A stretch of 64,000 nucleotides of DNA from Klebsormidium nitens (Eukaryota > Plantae > Klebsormidiophyceae): positions 420,990 through 484,989 of the forward strand of contig DF236953.1 of assembly GCA_000708835.1 (NCBI GenBank), read 5' to 3'. Both the position numbers and the translations under genes were made by a program. A model generated the notes under the pieces. That model was not told the DNA's origin. It worked only from the letters and a program-made list of their open reading frames with translations, and did no database searches. Of this stretch, positions 1 through 12,700 are shown in pieces (within the stretch, counting starts at the first letter, position 1; each line of letters begins with the position of its first letter).

Positions 1-142
1 ATCGGCCGCCCTTTGAGCTCTTCACGAATGTGCAAGACATTCTCGACTCTTAAAACACGACCGGGGGCGTACTTTGAAGACGAAAGGCGGCGGCGCTTTG
101 GGAAAGTGTAAAGGTAAAAGAGCTTTGTTTCTGGTTTTGCAG

Positions 143-220
143 GTCATGGTGAGCTCCCAAACCGGCGCTGGCGTTTTGAAGCTCCGTGCGGCGCTCTCTG
201 GTCTCGCCGTGAGGCTCTGA
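143..220 (+). CDS. Terminal exon of a probable EngB/YihA-family GTP-binding protein (rest of gene is left of the window)
   Basis: Acceptor ttttgcag at 135-142, then VMVSSQTGAGVLKLRAALSGLAVRL-stop. By recollection this resembles the C-terminal xxVSSKSGAGIxxLR segment of plant EngB-like GTPases. Only 25 aa are visible and the phase is assumed. Confidence 0.45.
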   Translation, partial: VMVSSQTGAGVLKLRAALSGLAVRL

Positions 221-1124
221 TAAACGATTGAGATACATTACTAGTGGTGATCTCACAGGTTAGTCATGGCAGAGCTGGACTATGTTGCACGCAATTACGC
301 TTCCGCTTTTCTGCAGCCGGTAATTACGTCGTCAATCGCAGCACCCTCACCGCGGTCATCGTTTGATTGACATGCGGGATCCACATCTCGGAGCTAGTTC
401 ATCCATCATTGCGCTTATGTCGAAAGCATGCCATGATAATGCCGGGCTGTAGAATGCGATTATTGCATGCCGCAGTGTGGCCTTTTGAAATTTTGGCTTG
501 AGCTTGCTTTTTAGCAATCTGAGCAGCTGTTTAGGCGTTCTATGACTGCGCGTTCACCGACATCCATTCACGTCGGTGCCTATGTGAAAGTGTGCCACCA
601 CACCATGATAGCCATTATAACTTCAGAGTACTTGCAATAGGGTGTTCCGATCATGGATGAGTTATCGTAAGCTATAGTGTAAGCACAGCTAGGAAATTCA
701 TACACGCACATGGCTCCTAGGTTAACCCAGGACTAATTATAATGCATGTGACGCAATGATGTGGTTGTTACCGCCGCACACCATGCATGCATGACCAAAT
801 AATCAACCATGTGCGCTAGACATCGCATAGCAACAATCTCATTTTGGATCACCATCATCCCAGACAAAATTGAACAATTGCAAGCTAGCCGTTACAATGA
901 CCATGCGTTGCCACCCTGCGCGCGCTGAGCAGTGCACAAGGCCGCGCTCATTTTGCGACCTCATAATTCAAGCGACGTTAGCCTGCTGCAGTAACACGGA
1001 AGAGCTGGACCCTTCTTCTGCACGGGCTGCGGGCAGCAAAACATCTTTGCAACTTTTGAGTCCTCTGAGATGCTTGTGAGTGTCAAGGTGGCGATACCAT
1101 CGACTGGAAACGACCCTAGCTTGT

Positions 1125-4100
1125 TTATCTCATTGTGCTCCTTGCGTGTATCAACCTCTTCAGAACGGGCATCCACTGGCTGCCCTCGTCCCAGTGCGTG
1201 GTCGTCATCTCAACCTGCACATGCTTCGCTGTCGGGATATCCCCTGCCGCAATCGCCTGCGCGACCCTCTGCAGTTTTTCCGTGAGGGCCGCCGACACGT
1301 CCCCGGTATTCAGCTTCACGAACAGCAGCCCCAACTTTTTGGAGCTGTCCTCCGTCTCTTTCTTCCTGCTGGGGGGCATCGCCCCCGCCACCTCGTCAAA
1401 CAGCTTGGTGATCACAGCAACCACCGGCTTCAGCTCAGCCTTCACTTTCGACACGTCAGCAGTGTGCACCGTGGGGGGAGGGCCGGCAGGCGACCGGGGG
1501 GGGCGCCGTGGGGGGCCGGTTGAGGGGCCACCACGGGAGACACGGGCTGTGTAAATGGAGCGGGGGGTTGGGCCGGGTTTGAAGGGATAAACCGGGGGGG
1601 CGGCGTACTCTGGGTNNNNNNNNNNNNNNNNNNNNGGGGGTTGGGGTCCGGGGTTTGGAAACGGGGAGGTAAACCCGGGGGGGCGGCGGTACGTCGTGGG
1701 TAGTTGAGTACGGCGGCGAGGGGGGGTGGCCGGAGCAACCGCCGGCGGGGGGGCAAAATTGCTAGCGCCACCGGGCGTCCATACCGGGGCCGGGGGCGGG
1801 CCGACGACCGACGGGGTCGGCTGCATGAACTGCTGAGGCGGCCTGAATGACTGGGCCGGCTGCTGCACCCCCGGTTGCATGAAAGGCTGGGGGGGTTGGT
1901 GTCCGTATGCTGGCTGGGCCCCCTGTGCTGCTGCAGGGTTTGGGAGGTTCGGGGCCTCGAACGATTTCGGTTGGAAGCTCGGGGGCGGGCGCTGTGGGGG
2001 GGCTGCCAAGGGGGCCTCGGGCTGTTGGGGAACGAAGGGGGGGGGCATGTTCGTCGGAGGGGGGGTGTACTTAGGCACGAAGGGGGCGGGTTGCTGCACT
2101 GGTTGGAACCCGGGCTGAGTCCGCTGCTCCACATGACCTGCCGGGTTGAAAGGTGGCACGCTTGGCGGAGGCGCAGGTGGAGCACTCTGAACGTTGTACT
2201 GCTGCCAACTTTGTTGCGTTGGGGCTACTGGGACCGGAGCATATGGGTTTGCCGTTGGTGCGTACGGGTTCAGGGGGGCTGTCTGCTGCTGATACTGAGC
2301 CCCCTGGTACGCTTGACTCTGCTGCGGCTGCGTGGGCTGGGGTGCATAGTACGCCTGGGTGCCAGCTGTCGCTTGTGGATTGGCCGGAGCTGCGACACCG
2401 GGGGCCGAGACGCTCTCCCCCTCGAAGGGAAACTCGGGCGCCTCGACGGACTCGGGCGCGATCTGGCCGCTGCGGTAGATGCGGTCCCGCAGGACTTTGA
2501 GCCGGACGTCCGACTCGTCCGGAGGAATCAGCGCGAGGTACTCCATGGCCGTGGCCAACCGGCCCTGGTTTACGAGGAGCTCCGCATAGGTGCCAACTAG
2601 AGGGGCGAGTGAGGCCGACACCTTCTTGCGCCCAGTGGCGAGGCCGAGAACGACCACCTTCTCCATCACGTCCTGAAAAGCGGGGAGACTTGCTCAGTTC
2701 GACTAAGGTGGATGGCTGGTTGATACAGAAGCGGAGCACGGCACTCTTGCTTTTTACCAGCCAAGCGTTGTCAACAGGAGTTGGGGTCAATAAGGTTTAG
2801 ATATGATGTGGAAGCTCTTACCTCGCAGAAAGACCTGTGGAATTGACACAAAGCAGCCCTGCCGAAAAGAACCAATTCGTTGAACAATGGCACGAAAACC
2901 GGATGGTGGAAGTGTGATGTATTCTGGCCCGATCGAGGAACTAAAGTTGTTCAGTGCTGAGGAGAGCAGCATCGAGATACACAATCCAAACCCACACGAT
3001 CCAAAAATTTCCAGCTTCAACCTTCAGAGCATCTCTCTCTTCAACCTTCGGTGCGCCCACTCTCATGAAAGCCTCAACTTTGTCTTAAAACAAAGGTCGC
3101 AGCACACAGCCAAAGCCAAGTTGGGGTCGTCGTAAGCAACGATCGAGTAACTCTCAAACCCATGATACGCACCTGAATAGCGTCCACTGGGGGCCCCGCC
3201 TCGGTGCTCCCGGCCACCTTCTTCAGGTCCTTGGACCACTGCGCCGCCGCCTTCTCGATGTCGCCAGCGATCATGTAGCACAGCGTTGCAGCCTGCTGGA
3301 ACTCCTGGTCCCGCCGGGCGGCCAGTTTGGCGGCCAGTTGCCCGCAGAGCGCGGTGCACTCGTCGCCCTGGGCCGAGTAGGTGCAGATGAGGGCCAGGGT
3401 CTCCTTCCAAAGGCTCAGGGGCCGCTCGGCAACCAGGGACCGCCAGTCACTGCTGACAACGGCCGCGATGATCTTGGTGTACGGGCGCTTGACCCTGCGG
3501 AAGTGAAAAGGACCCCGGAATGTGTCTGGAGAAATGGACAGTGCAGAGGCGGTATCAGGCGGAGATCAGGAGAAACGAGACAGTGAGGAAGCTCTGACAG
3601 AACGTCGCAAGAGAGACAGACGACGGCATTATTCTTGGCCACTTGGGATACTTTCAAACGTTCTCTTGTATGATAAGACGTGCTACCTTCTTTCGGCCCA
3701 CGACAAGTCAAGACGCTGTCTCCGAGAGAAAGAGCAGGAAACACACGAAGCACGAGAGGCTCTCAAATTAGAAAGTGGCAGAAAAAGGGCAATCAGCCCT
3801 CAACAGAACGAGAGCCAAACGGTGGAAAGTCATGGACCGACGGACAATCAAGAACGGATGGAGTTTAGGTGACACAAAAGGAAGGTCAATAGGCCCCAAC
3901 TCATTTGTAACTCGCAAAATTAAGCTGACGTCAGCTACGTACATCGTACGTACATCGAACCTAGCCAAATTGCACACCAAACCAGAATAAACAAGCCTCC
4001 CGCTGACAAGCCTCCAACACAGATGGTGGCCGTCCTTCTAAAATTGCTCAATGGCCACAAGGAGCGAGCTTACGAGGATCAATTTCCGCCTGTTGTGCAG

Positions 4101-7100
4101 CAACTTGAGCTAACCCACCTCTTCAGGTACTCGGTCTGGGTCGACTGCCACAGGTCGCTTCCCGCCACCGACGCAAGCAGCAGTGCGTCTGCCAGCCTTC
4201 CCGCCTTCAGGCACACGTCCACCGCAGCCTGGTAGTTGCCCACCACCAGCGCGCGCTGCACTGCGTTTTCCGACGGGTCGTCCTCGGCCACGTGCTTGTC
4301 CTCCACGTGGTGCTCCGCTACCTCCGGAGCCCGAACCTGCCACAACGAACAATACCACATGACGCTGATTGAGGAACTCTCAAGAGAATCTCGAAAAAGG
4401 TGAGAATAGCCGAGATGGACAGTCTATGTTCAGCCCCAGCCGTTCAGCACAAATGGCAAAGGGCTCCGTCGGTTCCGTCGGCTCTGTTGGCCAACTTTAC
4501 TTTTCCGATTCAGAACCGTCAAGCGGACAATGGACACACGGCTCCTCAACTTCAGGAATTGACGATGTAGCTGCCTTGAGCGAACCAATTTGCTCTTCAA
4601 CGCTTTGGATAACATTCTCTGGGTCTTGTCCAAACGTCTCAAGCAGCGAACGAATGCACGCAGCCGGCAACCCTCCTACGCTTCTGTGCCAGCTTCTTTA
4701 ACTTGTCGCTCAGACTTGCGTTAAACGACCGATACAAGGGCCCCTCACATCAAGGCAGCATCAAATTTGCGCGAGCTTCTATGAGATATTCTCACCGTCT
4801 CCACCACTTTCGTGTCAGCAGGCGGGGTCGACGGCAGCTTCTCGAAGAAGTCCTCCTCCTCGGGCTCCTTCAACCCGTCCGCGTTCTCCCCGTTTTCTTC
4901 AACCGCCATAGCAGCCAAAGTGTCGGTCTGCGCTTTTGCAGCGTCCAAGCTCAAGTCCTGAACGCCGTTGGTGGCAGCAGCTGCAGCTGTGCTGGGGTCT
5001 TCAGCGGTGGGGGCGGCTGCGCTTGCAGGGGGCGCGGGCTCGAAGTTGAGGTGCTTGAGAAGCTGGCGGCGGGGGTCGTCTCCGAAGAGGACGCTCAGGA
5101 AGCTCCAGGTCTCCTTCTCGTCCTCGCTCCTGCACAAGGAAAGCGGATGCATCAAAGGCTGGATGGCAGGTATATGTACAGCAAAACATTGAGACTCTCC
5201 TCAATTTCGGGGCAAGCTACAGCAAAAGTTGGGAAGAAAAGTTGCGACCAAGCGGGAGACAGACTTACTTCCTTTGAGTAGGGCAATCCACAGTGGGACT
5301 ACTCGAAGAAACGAAAGAAGTGCTATTCGGCAGAGGTGACGAATCGGAACAAGAGGGAAGTTCGTCAAAACAGCGGGCGCCACAACTTCTTGCGGGTCGT
5401 TCAAAGTCACTCAATACTGGAGAATAGCCGGACTTGGAAGGTACGTTGCACAACTCAAAGACTCACGTGGCTGATGCCGCCTTGCCCTCGCAGTACTGTT
5501 TCATGCCCTCTTTCTCAGCCCCCTTGACTGAGGTCTCGAACTCTTCGGACCGCTTTGCAAGGTCTCCATCCGTGTTGATGCTGCGGACAGTGATCTGCAA
5601 TGAAAAACAGGCATTGAGCGCGGTGCTGCATCATTTTCTCCCCCTGTGAAGAAGTACCCACAGAAATCTTTGGCCTACAAGTGCTGAATGCGTTGGTTCA
5701 CCAAGGGCGACCAGTTCTGCAGAGAAGGGTCAGGATGAGAATCTTGCCGAATGCCCCAAATCAGGGAGTAGACTAAAAGCGGAAGAAACTGATGCGAGGC
5801 AGACGCCAACAGACCAACGAAGAGAGCAATCCTTTGAAAGTACATGCTGCACCCAAAACATGCAGTCCGCAACCAAACCACCTACTCACCTCTGGGTCAT
5901 TAGTTGCTTTCTTAGGACCGAACGTCACCAGCTTTCCTCCAAATCCAAAGCTGACGCCTGCAGGCCGCCTCAACCACTTTGGCGCTCTCTTGAACGCTGC
6001 ATCGGAAAAGGACGGCGCATTCAGGCCAGGGAGCCATGTCTTTAGAGGGCCACCAGGGAAAAGGACAGCAGGGTGACACGAGAAGATGCTCGGAAACGCA
6101 GGCACTTGCCGAACTAAACTCACGAAGCTGTCGAAGTCAGCTTGCATGGAGATGGATGCCACGCGTTGCCAAGTCAGGGAGCCTTGCTCTTACATGGCTG
6201 CGCTGTCCCGTCCTGTTGTCCAAATCCAGCTTCCTCCAGCGCCGATGTTGCCCCGCATGACTGCAACAACATTAAGATGTTTGTGGTCAGACTGCAGGGT
6301 TTTTGAAACGATGAACGCGGACGTCATATCCCCGGCACCAAAGTGAAGGAGGGCAGCACTGCAATTGACGTCATTCGGGGTATTCGTATACCAAGTATGT
6401 GAATGGCTGGCAGCAAACAAGATTCGAAAATTGCGCTCATTTTTTGAAACAGGACATTTGTGAACATAATAGATGATCACGTACCTCGATATTGTAGATC
6501 TGCACCTTCCCATCAAAAGAAGACGTTGAAAGAAGCCCTGGAATCCGTGCTGACCATTGTACGTCGAAGTTCCAGTTGGTGCTGGCTGGGAGCTCATAGA
6601 GCACCTGCAAAGGATAAAATGACAGCTTCTGCCGAGAGGTTTAGAAACGATCTTATGGCCTCCAACCTCCGTCAACGAAATCCGCACAGACACAAATCTG
6701 CACCTTGATTGACAGCTACATAAGCTCGTTAGCTTGTCCTGTTCGTCATCCTGCTTTAACTGCAACCCTCCGGTGGAACCCCCCACTTTCAAATCAAGTC
6801 TGATGCACCCCATGTAGACCCGTAGGACTGTGGCATCAGTCAACTTCCAAGGAACGCAACAGCAAACGGAAGCAACTCACCTCTCCTGTATTAATGTCCC
6901 AGCACAAGGTTCGATTGTCCTTTCCACACGTAAGGAGTAGTCCGCTGTCGCTGGGGCACCAAGCCATTGCCAAAACCCCTGGAAGCAGCGGAGAGGATGA
7001 ATCATCAACGGATACTTCATACACATTTCCGCCTATTTCGCAAAGTGCCCCCTTGTTGCATAATGACCAAAACTGCCCTTTATAGAGAGCTTGAGAGTGC

Positions 7101-9043
7101 AAGGCACTGCAATCATGCTAACTGTCATGTCTCTTGCTATCTCAAATGTATCCAGTCAGACGTAAAGCAGACCAAGCCTGGGGGAAGAAACACAACTCAC
7201 CCCTAGAATGCGCCTGCAGCTCCTTGAGGGGTGAAACTGAGTTGCGCAGATCCCAGACTTGCAACCCTGGGGACCGATCTTCATCAGAGGCGACGACCAA
7301 CTGCGTGGCCACTTCAGGATTCCATTGAAGAGCAGAGCAACGACGCCTGCTTGTGGGGTCTGCAAAGCTGATCACAGACTTCTGCTTCTTCAGATCCCAG
7401 ACCACTGCAAAAGGGAGAGAAAGCGGAGTGACGTCAGAAACCAGGGCTAAATCTGCATGTCTAAACACTTCCGATATGTAGAATGGCGACGGGATCTGAG
7501 CAGCAGTGAATGCCTGAGCAGTAACAACGACGTTGTTGATTTCTTCATCAAAGTTTTGCAAAAAACAAATCACATCAATTCAACAGCATGAGGCATCAAA
7601 AGAGTGAGTCCTGATTGCTGCATGCATCACATTGTTGAGCTTCATATGTTGCCGCACCTGAAGTCCCGTTGTAAGAGGTTGATGCAAGGATGTTTGGGAC
7701 CTTTCTGTTCCAGGCAAGGTATGAAATCTCTCCAAGAGGGCCAGATGCACTCTGCAAGAACAAGGAGATGCATTAGCAACTCCTTCCGAGGGAAACTCCA
7801 ACAGCTGACAAAGTCCGTTCCACCTTCATGTGATCTATATGACGTGGATTAGTACGATCCAACAATCGTCTGGCAACTTGCATCCTTCCATGCCACCGGA
7901 TAATTTCCAGACGAAGGAGTCAGCTGTACAGCCAAGGTTGATTTGTATAGGTGGACAATTCACAATACAACAAGGACCAGGTCCTCACAATGGAACAATC
8001 AACTATAGCAGCACGAACCTTTAAAGACGGGAAGAGCGTGGGCTGCGCAGGCTTGGCAAGATCCCAGATGTTCAACTCTCCGTCCTCACCGCCTGTGGCT
8101 AGCAAGTTGGGGTTGGATGTATTGAACTCCAACCCCTTCACCTGTAGGTTGCAGAGTTGAACAGTAGTTGGCAAGAACTTTAAGTCGCATTCTGCTGCGC
8201 CACTTAGGGTTTTGTAGGCTTCCACCGCTGATCAGGTTTGATCAGTCAAACACTTACAAGCACACATTAAGATCGTCGTCCCGAAACCACTATGCCACTG
8301 CAAGAGGCCATACTTCTGGCCAGAGGTGTCAACTACATTATTAAAAGTGCAGTCCTCTCACAAAGCCAGTGCCAGGTATGTGCAAGCTTTCTGCCAATTC
8401 TGTGCAAAGCGTGCAGTGGCCTGAGCAGCTTCACGATGCCTATTTTGCAAGCAACTTTAAACCCCTAAACTGCCTTTCCCTGACTATTCACCAGAATTCT
8501 AGCTTGCATGTGCAACTTACCGACCCTTTGTGCTTATCCAATTTTCCAATGAGAGCATCCCCAACCTCATCTCCAGCACCGTCCCTGCACACAAATCGAT
8601 TTGTCGAGTTACATTCGAGACAGTGCGAGTACAACCGATTGAAGCACAGTAGCTCAGGCTCTGCTGAGAGCTACAGCAGATTGTTTGAGCCAGCCAGAGT
8701 TAAGTGTTGAGGTGGGAACTCACCCTCCTTTGATGAGCTTAGCAGGGTTCCACAGGGCCACGGAACCATCGGACTGACCCCCCGCAATCATGCCGTAAGG
8801 CAGCGATTGACTATCAATCCCAGTGGTACCCCACGATAATCTGTGCAACCGCTCAGAAGCGGGAGCGGTCCCAATCAGAGGCAGATCAAAGTCCGGGGTT
8901 GAGAAGTCCAGCTTGAATATTTCCATGCACGCAGTAGTGCTAAAGGACATGTCGAAAGCCCCAGCCATCGTCCCCGCAGCAATGAAAGGTGCAGTGGGGC
9001 TGAAAGCCACTGTGGCGGACCGGGTTGCCTGCTTCAGCGCCAT
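1125..9043 (-). CDS. SEC31: COPII outer coat protein SEC31 (multi-exon)
   Basis: ATG at 9043 gives [16 protein letters not shown]...[26 protein letters not shown]. Later exons give WD40 repeats ([31 protein letters not shown]; [23 protein letters not shown]; [22 protein letters not shown]), [31 protein letters not shown], a Pro/Gln-rich region, and the C-terminal ...[11 protein letters not shown]...[16 protein letters not shown] domain. GT-AG introns. Confidence 0.95.
1616..1635. other. Assembly gap (20 N) inside the last SEC31 exon
   Basis: Run of N. The two flanks are degenerate copies of each other, suggesting unmerged low-quality contig ends. Confidence 0.9.
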
Positions 9044-9771
9044 GGCTGCTGCTGGCTCTACCAAAGCTTGAAGCAGATCCAATGAGCGCCTGATGGTAGA
9101 TTGGCCCGTCAAACCAGATCAAACTGGATTCCTAGGTATGTAGGTAAAAATGTACAATCCAATCTCGTCCTCCAATGCAAGCGGACAGGATTGGAAACCA
9201 GGCCGCCTGGCAGGCGCTCTCTTCTCTTGCTTTCTCCCAAATTCCACCATGAAAATGAGTTTGCTATTGCAGCTGAAATTGCGCCCTAGCCTAGGCTCGT
9301 CTGAGCTGACTTAGACTACTTACCTAGGACTAGTAGTAGTAGGAGTCAGGACCTAGGAGTCCGCAAAGCTCGAACTTCCAAGCTGTTCGCGTACGTTGAT
9401 TGGTGGACTGAGAAAACTTCCTTTTCAGTTGTAGAAACCTTGTTTATCAACCGCTTGAAAGGTGATTACTTTCCATCTACGGTCTGAAAGTACGAGCAGC
9501 TTCAAACATCGATGCTACTCGAGCTCAGCATGCAGTGCTCCGATTCGTTAGAATGTGCCTTATCTAGTTAGAGTGCTTCATGGCTGCCACGTTGATTGTC
9601 AATGTTGTCTTCTGAGACTGAATCAGTGAATGCTCTTCCGCTCCATCATCCATAAATGGTGGGACAGCGGCAGCTTGCTGCAATGGGCTGTTGATGCGGC
9701 AGATTGCCTTGTCTTTCTCGGTCGTCCAGTCGATTGCATCCTAAGACGGCGCCACCTCGTGTGCTGCATCT
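9044..9771. promoter_or_regulatory. Divergent (putative bidirectional) promoter region between SEC31 and RRP5
   Basis: Start codons at 9043 (-) and 9772 (+) are 728 bp apart, head to head. No specific cis-element is confidently assigned. Confidence 0.5.
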
Positions 9772-12700
9772 ATGTCGAAAAGGAAGGTGGTCGAAGGCGC
9801 CCGGCCAAACCTGGGCGTCGAGCAGGACTTTCCCCGGGGTGGTGCGGGGCCCCTTTCTTCGGTGGAGGTTCTACAGGCACGCCAGGAAGCAGAAGATGAG
9901 GTCAGGGGCGGCATCATTGTCCCAGCTGCTAAAAAGCAAAAGAAGGAGAAAGGGGCAGGCAAGAAGAAGGGATTGATTGGTGAAGAGGCGGACGGAGAAG
10001 CGGAGTTGCTTCAGGGAGGAGTCAAGGGGAAGCTGCCGAAGTTTGTGGAGCTGCTCAAGTTCAAAGTAAGTCGAGCTCCGTTTTTCAGAAAATTATTGAG
10101 GCTGTGGTGGTAATGGTGATTCTTCTCCAATCCGCTCGCAGACTTTCAATTTGCAGCTTTTGCAGCTGAAATCACTTCTTCGGTTCTTCCGATCTGCGAT
10201 GGACAAGGTGGTGGTGATGATGATGGGTTTAAGAGCTGTGCAATGCTGCCATGAGAGGTTTTTGTAGCCATAGGAAGGGCTGATCGCAGCCCACTCTGTA
10301 AAGGCATTTGTTGCTTCTTAGTATCCTGATGTGCGCTTCAGATTTTCTCTCCGTTTTGCAACTTTCAAAACTTTTTGAAGATCTCAAGTCCGTCATTCTC
10401 CTACCAAAATCTGGTGGTACAAGCTCACACTGGGACCAGAGTATCACCAAAGTTTCCAGGCAGTCAAACCAAGAGGTTTGACTGAAAAACGCCAGAAAAG
10501 GTGCCGAGAGAATGTCCCAGCAAGATGGAAACAATCTATGCTGCTGTTAGTTTTGCGCTATAGAAGTGCAAGTATCAAGATCAATTCTTGGAGACTGTTG
10601 TGTCCGCTTCTTATCAAACCCAAAGACTGGTGCAACAGGATGTGACTTTTTGCCCGACAATTCTCACTTGTTCAAACAACTTCCTTTGCAGACACTTAGT
10701 CCAGGGCTGCGCATCTGGGGCTCGGTCGCTGAGGTCAGCAACAAGGACCTCGTGATCAGCCTGCCCAATGGTCTGCGTGGTTTTGTGAACCCGACGGAGG
10801 CTTCAGATGTTCTGGCGGACATGCTCAAGTCGTCTGGAGACACCGGCGAGAAGAAGTCCAAGAAGAAGAAGAAGGGTGCTGTGCAGGACAAAGGGGAGGA
10901 GGAGGAACTAGACGAGGTACGCAATGGCCCGTTGAAGTCCAACCAGATCTTGGTCATTCTGATGAGCTAGTCTTCTCAGGGGGAACCGGTTCTTTTGTCC
11001 ACATAAGTACGAAAGTTTTGTCGTCTACTGAGAAAGATTTCTGTGGATTAGACGACTGAAACTCATCACACTTAGGAGAATCAAGGCCCATAGGTGGGTT
11101 CATCAGAGCCTGAAGGTAAACAGGAGGAGGCCCTCCCTTATGATCAAGAGGGAGAGTCGTGACCGTTCGCTCATGGACTCCTTGGACAGAAGGTAGAAAA
11201 AGGATTTTCCAGTCCCATGAAAAGGGGTTGATTAAGATTTACATAATCCACGCACTCGAAACGGCTGAATATTGAGGAGATACAACCGGAATTCGAGTCG
11301 TTTAGTCAAGCGTTCTTATCTGTAAAGCTGACTGGCTTTCTACGGGAGAAGGATGTGGATGCCCCTTATTATCTGGTGGGTTGCAAGCATTGAGTGCAAC
11401 ATATGCTAAGGCTTTAAACGGCTCAGCTTGCACCAACTTTTGGACCAACTGTTTGCAGGACAAAGACATTCCCCTGCTGACCGAGATCTTCACTGAGGGC
11501 CAGCTCGTCGGTTGCACCGTCAAAGGCCTTGGGTCTGGTTCTGGCAAGCATGGCGGAAAGGCGGACAGCAAACGAGTAGAACTTTCCCTGCGCACCTCTC
11601 TCCTCAATGAAGGCCTAACCATCGATTCGATCCATGAGGGGATGGCCCTAACCGCCTGTGTCAAGAGCGTGGAAGACCACGGGTTTGTGCTGACCTTCGG
11701 GGTTCCGGCGCTCTCGGGGTTTCTGCTGAAAAGGGACTTGAGCGAAGGGGCGGCGCTCAGGAAGGGGCAACTCATTCAGTGTGTAGCAGGTCAGTACTTT
11801 CTTAATTTTCGCCATGCAACAGCGTTCACCGAATCGTGTGAGTTGGTGGTCGATTGACCTTCTGTAGGGGCTCGTTTCTACTTCTGTCTTTGAGACATTC
11901 GCCGTACATTAAACGTTCTTTGCGTTTTGGCAGGGAAGACTGGTGATAGCAATAAGACGGGCAGAGCAAGTCGGAAGGACTGAACAAAGAGCTAGATCTC
12001 ACAACCCCGGAAGAATCTGGCCAAACACTGTGGGGATCGTGCTCATCAATCTCGCCATGAAGCCTTCACGGGCTCAGATTTTCGCATTTACACGCCTGCA
12101 TCTTCATGCTCCTACAAAACTTCGGTGGAAAAGTTCTCGGATGCACTCATTATTGACACCACCGTCTCGTGCAGGCTCTATCGACAAGCAGCGCAAGACA
12201 GTCGGCGTCAAGACGGACCCAAAACTCGTCACGGCCGCCACAGTCCAGGAGCACGACGGGCTAACCCTCGAGACCCTCCGGCCGGGCGCACTCGTGAGCG
12301 CCAAAGTGCGCGCGATCCTTCCCGACGGTCTGCTCCTCTCCTTTCTCACGTACTTCACGGGAACGGTAGACCGTTTCCACTTGGACGAAGACTTGCCGGC
12401 CGCGGACTGGGCTGGAAAGTACAGTGAGAACCAACGGCTGAAAGCGCGGGTGCTGTTTGTGGACCCGGGGACGAAGAGGGTTGGGCTGACGCTGAAGCAG
12501 GCGCTTGTGGCGGGGCGGACTCCCGAACAGGTAAATGACCTGCTGATGCAAATTCTCGTTCCGGTTGCATAACTTACGGCGCGGGCGGCTTGTGCTGGCT
12601 ACTTCTGCGCGAGATGATTCTAATCTGTGGGGTTCCGTTGCTCCTGGTTTCAACCGAAATTTTGTATCCTGAACGTCCGTTTGTGAGGAGAGAGGAAGGC

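Noticed and set aside
1563-1701. Degenerate repeat flanking the N gap, read through by the 514-aa ORF
   Set aside because: Both sides are G-run-rich near-copies, typical of unmerged low-quality contig ends. The peptide across the gap is unreliable.
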